Below, piece after piece: positions 1 through 7,364 of a stretch of 21,434 nucleotides of DNA. This DNA is from a virus (Duplodnaviria > Heunggongvirae > Uroviricota > Caudoviricetes): positions 1 through 21,434 of the IMG/VR virus record IMGVR_UViG_2563366996_000005; one strand, given 5' to 3'. The notes under the pieces were generated by a model. That model saw only the letters and a program-made list of their open reading frames with translations, was not told the origin of the DNA and ran no database searches. Positions within the stretch are counted from its first letter, which is position 1. Each line of letters begins with the position of its first letter. The translations under genes were made by a program, and so were the position numbers.

Positions 1-35
1 AGCTTCCCTGCCAGCGTTGCGAGTGCTGTACTCAT
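1..35 (-). CDS. bet: Bet (Red-beta) single-strand annealing recombinase, first ~11 codons only; gene runs off the window start
   Basis: Reverse complement of 1-35 reads ATG AGT ACA GCA CTC GCA ACG CTG GCA GGG AAG = MSTALATLAGK, which I recall as the lambda Bet N-terminus. It sits directly downstream of the gam stop, as in lambda. Confidence 0.7.
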   Translation of the reverse strand, partial: MSTALATLAGK

Positions 36-40
36 CCGTT

Positions 41-457
41 TTATACCTCTGAATCAATATCAACCTGGTGGTGAGCAATGGTTTCAACCATGTACCGGAT
101 GTGTTCTGCCATGCGCTCCTGAAACTCAACATCGTCATCAAACGCACGGGTAATGGCTTTTTTGCTGGCCCCGTGGCGTTGCAAATGATCGATGCATAGC
201 GATTCAAACAGGTGCTGGGGCAGGCCTTTTTCCATGTCGTCTGCCAGTTCTGCCTCTTTCTCTTCACGGGCGATCTGCTGGTAGTGACGCGCCCAGCTCT
301 GAGCCTCAAGACGATCCTGAATGTAATAAGCGTTCATGGCTGAACTCCTGAAATAGCTGTGAAAATATCGCCCGCGAAATGCCGGGCTGATTAGGAAAAC
401 AGGAAAGGGGGTTAGTGAATGCTTTTGCTTGATCTCAGTTTCAGTATTAATATCCAT
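41..457 (-). CDS. gam: Gam, RecBCD inhibitor (long form 138 aa; short GamS form from the internal Met at 337, 98 aa)
   Basis: ORF-track translation [15 protein letters not shown]...[21 protein letters not shown]...[10 protein letters not shown] matches my recollection of lambda Gam. The internal ATG at 337 has an AGGAG-like RBS. Position between bet and kil is lambda-like. Confidence 0.9.
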   Translation of the reverse strand: MDINTETEIKQKHSLTPFPVFLISPAFRGRYFHSYFRSSAMNAYYIQDRLEAQSWARHYQQIAREEKEAELADDMEKGLPQHLFESLCIDHLQRHGASKKAITRAFDDDVEFQERMAEHIRYMVETIAHHQVDIDSEV

Positions 458-555
458 TTTTTATAAGCGTCGACGGCCTCACGAAACATCTTTTCATCGC
501 CAATAAAAGTGGCGATAGTGAATTTAGTCTGGATAGCCATAAGTGTTTGATCCAT
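412..555 (-). CDS. kil: Kil (host cell-division inhibitor), 47 aa
   Basis: The C-terminal 47 residues of track ORF 412..681 ([47 protein letters not shown]) match recalled lambda Kil. The ATG at 553-555 (minus) was located by hand. Confidence 0.85.
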   Translation of the reverse strand: MDQTLMAIQTKFTIATFIGDEKMFREAVDAYKKWILILKLRSSKSIH

Positions 556-688
556 TTTTTGGGACTCCTGGCTGATTAAGTATGTCGATAAGGCGTTTCC
601 ATCCGTCACGTAATTTACGGGTGATTCGTTCAAGTAAAGATTCGGAAGGGCAGCCAGCAACAGGCCACCCTGCAATGGCATATTGCAT
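524..688 (-). CDS. cIII: CIII (protects CII from FtsH), 54 aa; overlaps the kil start by 32 nt as in lambda
   Basis: Manual translation of the minus strand from ATG at 686-688 gives [54 protein letters not shown], with an AAGGAG RBS upstream. It is in a different frame from track ORF 412..681, so the track does not list it. Confidence 0.85.
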   Translation of the reverse strand: MQYAIAGWPVAGCPSESLLERITRKLRDGWKRLIDILNQPGVPKNGSNTYGYPD

Positions 689-712
689 GGTGTGCTCCTT
701 ATTTATACATAA

Positions 713-737
713 CGAAAAACGCCTCGAGTGAAGCGTT
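713..737 (-). terminator. Candidate intrinsic terminator between ea10 and cIII (minus strand)
   Basis: Minus-strand hairpin AACGC-(10 nt loop)-GCGTT followed by TTTTTCGTT. Confidence 0.4.
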
Positions 738-760
738 ATTGGTATGCGGTAACGCCGCGC

Positions 761-1129
761 TCAGGCGGCTTTGATAGTCATATCATCTGAATCAAATATT
801 CCTGATGTATCGATATCGGTAATTCTTATTCCTTCGCTACCATCCATTGGAGGCCATCCTTCCTGACCATTTCCATCATTCCAGTCGAACTCACACACAA
901 CACCATATGCATTTAAGTCGCTTGAAATTGCTATAAGCAGAGCATGTTGCGCCAGCATGATTAATACAGCATTTAATACAGAGCCGTGTTTATTGAGTCG
1001 GTATTCAGAGTCTGACCAGAAATTATTAATCTGGTGAAGTTTTTCCTCTGTCATTACGTCATGGTCGATTTCAATTTCTATTGATGCTTTCCAGTCGTAA
1101 TCAATGATGTATTTTTTGATGTTTGACAT
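761..1129 (-). CDS. ea10: Ea10 (lambda early protein of the pL operon), 122 aa
   Basis: Track ORF; translation matches recalled lambda Ea10, and it sits next to cIII as in lambda. Confidence 0.8.
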   Translation of the reverse strand: MSNIKKYIIDYDWKASIEIEIDHDVMTEEKLHQINNFWSDSEYRLNKHGSVLNAVLIMLAQHALLIAISSDLNAYGVVCEFDWNDGNGQEGWPPMDGSEGIRITDIDTSGIFDSDDMTIKAA

Positions 1130-1147
1130 CTATTCATATCCTCACAG

Positions 1148-1175
1148 ATAAAAAATCGCCCTCACATTGGAGGGC
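1148..1175 (-). terminator. Intrinsic terminator upstream of ea10 (minus strand)
   Basis: Minus-strand hairpin GCCCTC-CAATGT-GAGGGC (1158-1175) followed immediately by GATTTTTTAT. Confidence 0.55.
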
Positions 1176-1389
1176 AAAGAAGATTTCCAATAATCAGAAC
1201 AAGTCGGCTCCTGTTTAGTTACGAGCGACATTGCTCAGTGTATTCACTCGTTGGAATGAATACACAGTGCAGTGTTTATTAGTATGCCTGTCTTTTAACC
1301 ACATCAGGCTCGGTGGTTCTCGTGTACCCCTACAGCGAGAAATCGGATAAACTCTATTCACCCCTACAGAGAGCAAAAGAGAAACGCCG

Positions 1390-1971
1390 ATGAACAACTC
1401 ATGGTGGCAGGAACTAATGCATTTTTTCCTGCAAGGAATGACACTTAAACAGTTGATTCATATGCTAATCATCCTGATCATATTGATTATTGTTATGCCT
1501 GTAAGCGTAAAAGAATGGATAAACCTGCATAATCCAGAAATCCTTCCTCATTACTGGATGTATTACATCCTGTTGTTTTGCGTTAGCTATGTGCTTAACG
1601 GCGTTGTTAATTCCGCTTATCACGCTGTGACTGTAAGAATTGAGATATTCGCTGCTCAGAAGCGCAAATCTAAAGAAGAGAAATACGTGCAAGATTTGTT
1701 TGATTCGTTAACTCTTGGAGAAAGAGCGTATTTGGCATTCGCTGTAGCCGCTAATAACCAGCTAAAGACAGAAAAGGGAAGCCCTGAAGCAATCTCATTG
1801 CTCGAAAAAGGGCTTCTTATTCGGGTACCTTCTGCTACTGGATATCCTGAAATCGACCGTTTTGTTATCCCGGAACGCTATAGAAATGAGTGCTACATTA
1901 GGTTTGCTGGGAAGAAAGACAGTCTTATGGATGAACTTATCGCTCAGGATAAGCATGGCAAAAACAAGTAA
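1390..1971 (+). CDS. sieB: SieB-like superinfection exclusion protein, 193 aa, hydrophobic N-terminal segments
   Basis: Track ORF on the opposite strand to the pL genes, between ea10 and N where lambda and P22 carry sieB. Size is right (~192 aa) and the N-terminal region is very hydrophobic (LIHMLIILIILIIVMPV, YYILLFCVSYVLNGVV). Identity to lambda SieB is recalled, not verified. Confidence 0.6.
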   Translation: MNNSWWQELMHFFLQGMTLKQLIHMLIILIILIIVMPVSVKEWINLHNPEILPHYWMYYILLFCVSYVLNGVVNSAYHAVTVRIEIFAAQKRKSKEEKYVQDLFDSLTLGERAYLAFAVAANNQLKTEKGSPEAISLLEKGLLIRVPSATGYPEIDRFVIPERYRNECYIRFAGKKDSLMDELIAQDKHGKNK

Positions 1972-1987
1972 TTAGCAAATGAATTTA

Positions 1988-2296
1988 TCATCTCGCCGTC
2001 AGTTGTTTTGATTTCCGGTAGCCTGCCGCGTAAATAGCTACGTTTGGCAGGCAAACACTTCCACTGCATTCATCTACTTTCTTGCAGCGAAGGCTTCCGA
2101 GTGATATTGCTTTTTCAGAAAGGCTTAACCGCTTTCTCGGGTCTTCCTGAACAGGTTCCTCACTGTCTGTGCCGAAGATCGAATCGATGATGTTGCAGAT
2201 GGAATCACGCTCGATGGCCAGCTTTCTGCGCCGCTCATGACGGCGAGTTTTGGCATTTCCTGCAAATGTTGATTTTCCGTACACGATTACCGTCAT
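1988..2296 (-). CDS. N: N antiterminator, P22 type (gene 24-like), 102 aa
   Basis: Contains the P22 N arginine-rich motif GNAKTRRHERRRKLAIER. The likely start is the internal Met of track ORF 1988..2380 (MTVIVYGK..., ATG at 2294-2296) with a GAGGA RBS. It lies directly downstream of a P22-type boxB. Confidence 0.85.
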   Translation of the reverse strand: MTVIVYGKSTFAGNAKTRRHERRRKLAIERDSICNIIDSIFGTDSEEPVQEDPRKRLSLSEKAISLGSLRCKKVDECSGSVCLPNVAIYAAGYRKSKQLTAR

Positions 2297-2414
2297 GATG
2301 TTTTCCTCATGTGAAATGGCTTTGGTGGTGATGCGCCAGATGCTGATCTTCTGGTTGCTGTCGTTACTGCTGCAATTCACATCACCCCAAACCCATCTCG
2401 TTTGGTATCTGTTC

Positions 2415-2448
2415 GCGCTTTGTCAGCGCATCATCGAAGTTAAAGAGC
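2415..2448 (-). promoter_or_regulatory. nutL: P22-type boxB (2415-2429) plus boxA-like element (2439-2448)
   Basis: Minus-strand sequence GCTCTTTAAC...GCGCTGACAAAGCGC. The 15-nt GCGCUGACAAAGCGC hairpin is the P22 boxB-left sequence as I recall it from the N-peptide/boxB literature. Confidence 0.75.
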
Positions 2449-2704
2449 CTGCCAATCTGTTCCGTTTGGCTGCCAGCGTCCTGCTGATGGCGATTATAAT
2501 GAACCAATAGTTCGATATTATCAAGAACTATAAGTACGAATTGTTTGTGGTTCATTAACTTAATGAGATATGTTTTTGATATGTAAAGGAATTTATTTTT
2601 GTAAAGATTGAAGATTGGTCAGTAGGAGAGAAAGAATTGTTTGCTGGCGTGTTAGTTCGTGGGTTAGCACATGTGCGGATGTTAAATAAGGTAGACGATC
2701 GTGA

Positions 2705-2732
2705 GGAAAAGAAAAACCGGCGCTGAGGCCGG
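2705..2732 (-). terminator. Intrinsic terminator just downstream of the 299-aa gene (minus strand)
   Basis: Minus-strand hairpin CCGGC-CTCAGC-GCCGG (2717-2732) followed by TTTTTCTTTT, 7 nt past the stop codon at 2739-2741. Confidence 0.55.
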
Positions 2733-2738
2733 GTATAA

Positions 2739-3638
2739 TTATTTGATTATTTCTTTTATAAAGACTTCTTTCGGTTGGTATTTTTTATCTGATGATTTGA
2801 GCTGGTACGTTATTGTTATATCAGCACGTACAGAAAATTTACCTGCAAAATCTGATGGGTTTACGTTGGGGCCAAGAACCATATTTACTCTTCGATCTAT
2901 TAATCCAGGGATAACAGCAGCCCAACCTTTCTCTGGATTGTCGAGGTCTAATGCACGGATTTCAACATCAACATCAAAATGATCCTGAGTATATGACTCT
3001 GGTGTGAAGACAACTTCAGTTGGGGCTTTTTTAATGGTTTCAGCGGGAATGGTCACTGTACCACCCCCTGTACCTATGACCATCGTAGATCCTTCGTCTG
3101 CCCTAGCTGGGGCAAGCGTCTTAATGGAACTTTTGGCAAGAGTCTTCTTATTGGTTACCGTGCTTTCTATGATTGCTTGAAGACGGTCAGGTGAAATATT
3201 AGCCTCACCGGCACCAATATTGATGATTGTATTGTTATTTGCTTCAAAGTGGGAGGTGTTGCTTGGAGCCATAGCCTTAGTTGCTAGAACTAAGCCATAT
3301 CCAACCAGACCAATAACAACAGCACCAACGAGAGCGTTTCTCATTTTCCCATTTCCGATCTTTGCATGAGCGCCAGCAAGAAACTTGTCCATTTCTTCTT
3401 GGCTACCAAAGAGGAGTTTAATAACAATATCTTCATAAAGGCTTCCTGCTTCTAATCGCGCAACATGCACCGATATATCAAGGATATTAGCCCCTGTCAG
3501 TTCCTGCAAAACACCTTCTGATTGTTTTGCGATGGCCTCCCACCCTTGAAGGGAGGTAATCACATCTTTGATGCTTACAGGTTCTTTAGTTGAATAATAT
3601 ATGTTTTCGGTAAAGGTTAAAGATAATTCTTGGGACAT
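2739..3638 (-). CDS. Hypothetical 299-aa single-pass membrane protein in the rexAB-equivalent slot (between oL/pL and the repressor, same strand as the repressor)
   Basis: Track ORF. One strongly hydrophobic helix near residues 100-125 (MRNALVGAVVIGLVGYGLVLATKAMA) separates a ~100-aa N-terminal domain from a ~175-aa C-terminal domain. I recognise no family. AT-rich compared with the flanking lambda-like genes. Confidence 0.8.
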   Translation of the reverse strand: MSQELSLTFTENIYYSTKEPVSIKDVITSLQGWEAIAKQSEGVLQELTGANILDISVHVARLEAGSLYEDIVIKLLFGSQEEMDKFLAGAHAKIGNGKMRNALVGAVVIGLVGYGLVLATKAMAPSNTSHFEANNNTIINIGAGEANISPDRLQAIIESTVTNKKTLAKSSIKTLAPARADEGSTMVIGTGGGTVTIPAETIKKAPTEVVFTPESYTQDHFDVDVEIRALDLDNPEKGWAAVIPGLIDRRVNMVLGPNVNPSDFAGKFSVRADITITYQLKSSDKKYQPKEVFIKEIIK

Positions 3639-3767
3639 CCGAGCCCTCGCTGTTTCTTTCGATTTGCTGTGTTAAGCTAATATTTTAATATCCATGTTTC
3701 TGTTTGCTTGCAGTGTGTTTCTCACCACCATCCAAACGTACTGGTTACTAGCTATGTGATGATGAAG

Positions 3768-4475
3768 TCATGAACTTTTCAGCCATTCCCTGGCCTCGAT
3801 GTCATCTAGGTGGCGAGATTGCTTCAGAATACCAGCTACATACTCCACCTTTGCTACTTGATGATAAGGCAACGTTATTGGCCTGTGGTCTTGGTTGATG
3901 CTTGTAAATTGGTATTCTCCGTCTCTGTCATAGCCAAGAACCTTGATCATGTTGTGCCCTTCAATGGTTCTGACAAACACCTCATCACCTGGGAATACTT
4001 TGGTGTTAGGCTCAATGAGTACATATTCTCCTGATTTTATTCTGGGCCACATGCTGTCTCCTTTTACACGAAGACCAAAGGCATCTGGATCATCGCTATA
4101 AATCTTGAGCCACCCATCGCGCTCTTCGGTCATCTCGATGGCACCATCAACACCAAGAATTGCCTCACCAACCACGCGCACTAACCCTTTTTTTAATTTG
4201 CCAACAATTGAAAAAGTATCTTCATCATTCGCTCCATTTAACGAAGTGCCGTGCTGAAGCCAAACAACATCAACGTTTAGAAATTTCGCAAGCGCATTCA
4301 TTTTTTCCTGGCGTGGTAAAGACTCAGCATTAAACCATTTGCTAACGCCTTTGGACGAAAGAGAAAGGGCACGGGCTATGGCCATTCCCCTACCATGTTC
4401 ATCAAGACCAGCTTCTTTACAGGCTTGCGCTAGCCGCTGGGCGAATTCTTTGCGCACTTTTTCATTCTGAACCAT
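3768..4475 (-). CDS. cI: CI-like prophage repressor: N-terminal HTH domain plus C-terminal LexA/S24-type autocleavage domain, 235 aa
   Basis: Track ORF. The C-terminal domain carries the S24 serine motif GDSMWP and a downstream Lys. It is divergent from cro across a short operator region. Not lambda, 434 or P22 repressor by recall. Confidence 0.85.
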   Translation of the reverse strand: MVQNEKVRKEFAQRLAQACKEAGLDEHGRGMAIARALSLSSKGVSKWFNAESLPRQEKMNALAKFLNVDVVWLQHGTSLNGANDEDTFSIVGKLKKGLVRVVGEAILGVDGAIEMTEERDGWLKIYSDDPDAFGLRVKGDSMWPRIKSGEYVLIEPNTKVFPGDEVFVRTIEGHNMIKVLGYDRDGEYQFTSINQDHRPITLPYHQVAKVEYVAGILKQSRHLDDIEAREWLKSS

Positions 4476-4553
4476 GAGTACGATACTAAAGCACTTGCAA
4501 AAACTTTCAGTTCAACCATAATGCGTACTGAAAGTACGAAAAAGGACATTCCT
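4476..4553. promoter_or_regulatory. Right operator / pRM-pR region between repressor and cro
   Basis: A 78-bp divergent intergenic region containing the perfect palindrome CGTACTgaaAGTACG (about 4523-4537) and a second AGTACGA copy next to the repressor start. One more AGTACGA copy lies in the presumed oL region near 2543. Confidence 0.5.
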
Positions 4554-4781
4554 ATGCAAAATCTTGATGAGCCGATTAAAGGTGTCGGCATCCCTGAAGT
4601 TGCGAAGGCTTGTGGAGTTAGCGAAAGGGCTGTCTATAAGTGGCTCAAAAACGGCTTCCTCCCTAAGACTGAGTTTTTTGGGAAAACGAAATACGCATCA
4701 AAAATCGAAGAGATTTCTGGTGGCAAATATCAAGCAAGCGAAATGCTTGAAATAAGCAAAAAGAACCTTCTGGCAGCATAA
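4554..4781 (+). CDS. cro: Cro-like HTH regulator, ~75 aa from the internal Met
   Basis: Track ORF 4521..4781. The internal Met (MQNLDEPIKG...) has an AAGGA RBS, while the upstream ATG does not. Contains an HTH-like segment (IPEVAKACGVSERAVYKWLKNG). Coordinates are taken from the ORF track. Confidence 0.7.
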   Translation: MQNLDEPIKGVGIPEVAKACGVSERAVYKWLKNGFLPKTEFFGKTKYASKIEEISGGKYQASEMLEISKKNLLAA

Positions 4782-4788
4782 GTAACAC

Positions 4789-4823
4789 CGCTCTTTATCA
4801 ATCTGCACCGCCGACAACGCGGT
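4789..4823 (+). promoter_or_regulatory. nutR: boxA CGCTCTTTA (4789-4797) plus P22-type boxB ACCGCCGACAACGCGGT (4807-4823)
   Basis: Canonical boxA followed by a hairpin that matches the P22 boxB-right sequence as I recall it. It sits between cro and cII, where nutR and tR1 belong. Confidence 0.7.
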
Positions 4824-4887
4824 AACTAATTAAGAACTCATCGAAAGATGCGTATTAGTGATTATTTACCTATGGAAATAGTAAGAA

Positions 4888-5187
4888 ATGGAACAAACAA
4901 ATTACAGCAAACTATCACAGCGCGACGTTGATCGCGCAGAAACAGATTTACTTATCAACCTGTCAACGCTTACTCAGCGCGGTCTGGCAAAGATGATTGG
5001 CTGTCATGAATCGAAGATAAGCAGAACAGACTGGAGGTTTATAGCTTCGGTCTTGTGTGCTTTTGGCATGGCATCAGACATCAGTCCGATTAGCAGAGCT
5101 TTTAAGTATGCGCTTGATGAAATCACCAATAAAAAACGCCCGGTGTGCAAGACCGAGCGTTCTGAACAAATCCAGATGGAGTTCTGA
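4888..5187 (+). CDS. cII: CII-like transcriptional activator, 99 aa
   Basis: Track ORF. The C-terminus TNKKRPVCKTERSEQIQMEF closely matches the lambda CII C-terminus (TNKKRPAATERSEQIQMEF). The N-terminal half is divergent, consistent with a different immunity type. Confidence 0.8.
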   Translation: MEQTNYSKLSQRDVDRAETDLLINLSTLTQRGLAKMIGCHESKISRTDWRFIASVLCAFGMASDISPISRAFKYALDEITNKKRPVCKTERSEQIQMEF

Positions 5188-5219
5188 GGTCATTACTGGA
5201 TCTATCAACAGGAGTCATT

Positions 5220-6119
5220 ATGACAAATACAGCAAAAATACTCAACTTCGGCAGAGGTAACTTTGCCGGACAGGAGCGTAATGTGGCAGATCTCGATGAT
5301 GGTTACGCCAGACTATCAAATATGCTGCTTGAGGCTTATTCGGGCGCAGATCTGACCAAGCGACAGTTTAAAGTGCTGCTTGCCATTCTGCGTAAAACCT
5401 ATGGGTGGAATAAACCAATGGACAGAATCACCGATTCTCAACTTAGCGAGATTACAAAGTTACCTGTCAAACGGTGCAATGAAGCCAAGTTAGAACTCGT
5501 CAGAATGAATATTATCAAGCAGCAAGGCGGCATGTTTGGACCAAACAAAAACATCTCAGAATGGTGCATCCCTCAAAACGAGGGAAAATCCCCTAAAACG
5601 AGGGATAAAACATCCCTCAAATTGGGGGATTGCTATCCCTCAAAACAGGGGGACACAAAAGACACTATTACAAAAGAAAAAAGAAAAGATTATTCGTCCG
5701 AGAATTCTGGCGAATCCTCTGACCAGCCAGAAAACGATCTTTCTGTGGTTAAACCGGATGCTGCAATTCAGAGCGGCAGTAAGTGGGGAACAGCAGAAGA
5801 CCTGACCGCCGCAGAGTGGATGTTTGACATGGTGAAGACTATCGCACCATCAGCCAGAAAACCGAATTTTGCTGGGTGGGCTAACGATATCCGCCTGATG
5901 CGTGAACGTGACGGACGTAACCACCGCGACATGTGCGTGCTGTTCCGCTGGGCCTGCCAGGACAACTTCTGGTCCGGTAACGTGCTGAGTCCGGCCAAAC
6001 TCCGCGACAAGTGGACCCAGCTCGAAATCAACCGGAACAAGCAACAGGCTGGCGTGACAGTCGGCAAACCAAAACTCGACCTGACAAACACTGACTGGAT
6101 TTACGGGGTGGATCTATGA
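5220..6119 (+). CDS. O: Replication initiator O, 299 aa
   Basis: Track ORF; translation matches recalled lambda O and the gene contains the ori iterons. Confidence 0.9.
   Translation: MTNTAKILNFGRGNFAGQERNVADLDDGYARLSNMLLEAYSGADLTKRQFKVLLAILRKTYGWNKPMDRITDSQLSEITKLPVKRCNEAKLELVRMNIIKQQGGMFGPNKNISEWCIPQNEGKSPKTRDKTSLKLGDCYPSKQGDTKDTITKEKRKDYSSENSGESSDQPENDLSVVKPDAAIQSGSKWGTAEDLTAAEWMFDMVKTIAPSARKPNFAGWANDIRLMRERDGRNHRDMCVLFRWACQDNFWSGNVLSPAKLRDKWTQLEINRNKQQAGVTVGKPKLDLTNTDWIYGVDL
5568..5700. repeat. ori-lambda: four ~19-bp iterons (ATCCCTCAAAACGAGGGA-like) followed by an AT-rich region
   Basis: Four direct repeats are visible: tccctcaaaacgaggga, tcccctaaaacgaggga, atccctcaaattggggga, atccctcaaaacaggggga. 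They are followed by an A-rich stretch (caaaagaaaaaagaaaag), all inside O. Confidence 0.85.
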
Positions 6120-6817
6120 AAAACATCGCCGCACAGATGGTTAACTTTGACCGTGAGCAGATGCGTCGGATCGCCAACAACATGCCGGAACAGTACGACG
6201 AAAAGCCACAGGTACAGCAGGTAGCGCAGATCATCAACGGTGTGTTCAGCCAGTTACTGGCAACTTTCCCGGCGAGCCTGGCTAACCGTGACCAGAACGA
6301 ACTGAACGAAATCCGCCGCCAGTGGGTTCTGGCTTTCCGGGAAAACGGGATCACCACAATGGAACAGGTTAACGCAGGAATGCGCGTAGCCCGTCGGCAG
6401 AATCGACCATTCCTGCCATCCCCCGGACAGTTTGTAGCCTGGTGCCGGGAAGAAGCATCCGTTATTGCCGGACTACCAAACACCAGCGAGCTGGTTGATA
6501 TGGTTTACGAGTATTGCCGGAAGCGTGGCCTGTATCCGGATGCAGAGTCTTATCCGTGGAAATCAAACGCGCACTACTGGCTGGTTACCAACCTGTATCA
6601 GAACATGCGGGCCAATGCGCTTACTGATGCGGAATTACGGCGCAAGGCTGCCGATGAACTGACTTGTATGACCGCGCGAATTAACCGTGGTGAGGCGATA
6701 CCTGAACCAGTAAAACAACTTCCTGTCATGGGCGGTAGACCTCTAAATCGTGCACAGGCTCTGGCGAAGATCGCAGAAATCAAAGCGAAGTTCGGACTGA
6801 AAGGAGCAACTGTATGA
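6116..6817 (+). CDS. P: Replication protein P (DnaB helicase loader), 233 aa
   Basis: Track ORF; translation matches recalled lambda P. ATGA start/stop overlap with O. Confidence 0.9.
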   Translation: MKNIAAQMVNFDREQMRRIANNMPEQYDEKPQVQQVAQIINGVFSQLLATFPASLANRDQNELNEIRRQWVLAFRENGITTMEQVNAGMRVARRQNRPFLPSPGQFVAWCREEASVIAGLPNTSELVDMVYEYCRKRGLYPDAESYPWKSNAHYWLVTNLYQNMRANALTDAELRRKAADELTCMTARINRGEAIPEPVKQLPVMGGRPLNRAQALAKIAEIKAKFGLKGATV

Positions 6818-7116
6818 CGGGCAAAGAGGCAATTATTCATTACCTGGGGACGCATAAGAGCTTCTGTGCGCAGGACGTTGCTGCGGTAACAGGCGCAACA
6901 GTAACCAGTATAAATCAGGCTGCGGCTAAAATGGCACGGGCAGGAATCTTGGTCGTTGATGGTAAGGTCTGGCGAACGGTGTATTACCGGTTCGCTACCA
7001 GGGAAGAACGGGAAGGAAAGGTGAGCACGAATCTGATTTTCAAGGAGTGTCGCCAGAGTGCCGCGATGAAACGAGTGTTGGCAGTGTATGGAGATATGAA
7101 CTTAAACTTGCTGTGA
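6814..7116 (+). CDS. ren: Ren, 100 aa, with a C-terminus that diverges from lambda Ren
   Basis: Track ORF. MTGKEAIIHYLGTH...FKECRQSAAMKRVL matches recalled lambda Ren. The last ~10 residues differ (…AVYGDMNLNLL), marking a mosaic junction. Confidence 0.8.
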   Translation: MTGKEAIIHYLGTHKSFCAQDVAAVTGATVTSINQAAAKMARAGILVVDGKVWRTVYYRFATREEREGKVSTNLIFKECRQSAAMKRVLAVYGDMNLNLL

Positions 7117-7364
7117 CGGTTTTCATCGGTAACACACCATGTAATCTAGCAGTCAGCTTAGAAATAGGAGCGGCAGTTAAAGATTTTTCAGTTAGTAGAA
7201 AATTACTGTTATTGCAGGGATCTAATCACCGGAGAGTCGTTCCATTTGTCTTATGATTACCTGAAGTCCGTTAGTTCGTTGGTAATCACCGTTTTTGTTA
7301 GAGAAGTAAGCATCGCTGACAAAATATTCTCAACGATGCCTGCTTTATTGCTACTACAAATTAA

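Noticed and set aside
1215-1397. Track ORF (60 aa, minus strand) in the ea10-sieB intergenic region, considered as a possible ral
   Set aside because: The translation does not resemble Ral, there is no convincing RBS, and it overlaps the terminator and the sieB upstream region. Most likely spurious.
2250-2510. Track ORF (86 aa, plus strand) overlapping the N start and nutL
   Set aside because: It runs antisense to N and across the boxA/boxB elements, and is hydrophobic and low-complexity. Spurious.
4521-4553. Upstream ATG as the cro start (the longest track ORF)
   Set aside because: There is no RBS, and this start would place the coding sequence over the operator palindrome. The internal Met at 4554 with an AAGGA RBS is preferred.
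5536-5805. Track ORF (89 aa) across the ori iterons
   Set aside because: It is an alternative frame inside O, produced by the repeated iteron sequence. O is the real gene.
6028-6483. Track ORFs on the minus strand inside O and P (including 5768..6091 and 6598..6855)
   Set aside because: They are antisense to well-supported lambda replication genes, with no RBS or family resemblance.
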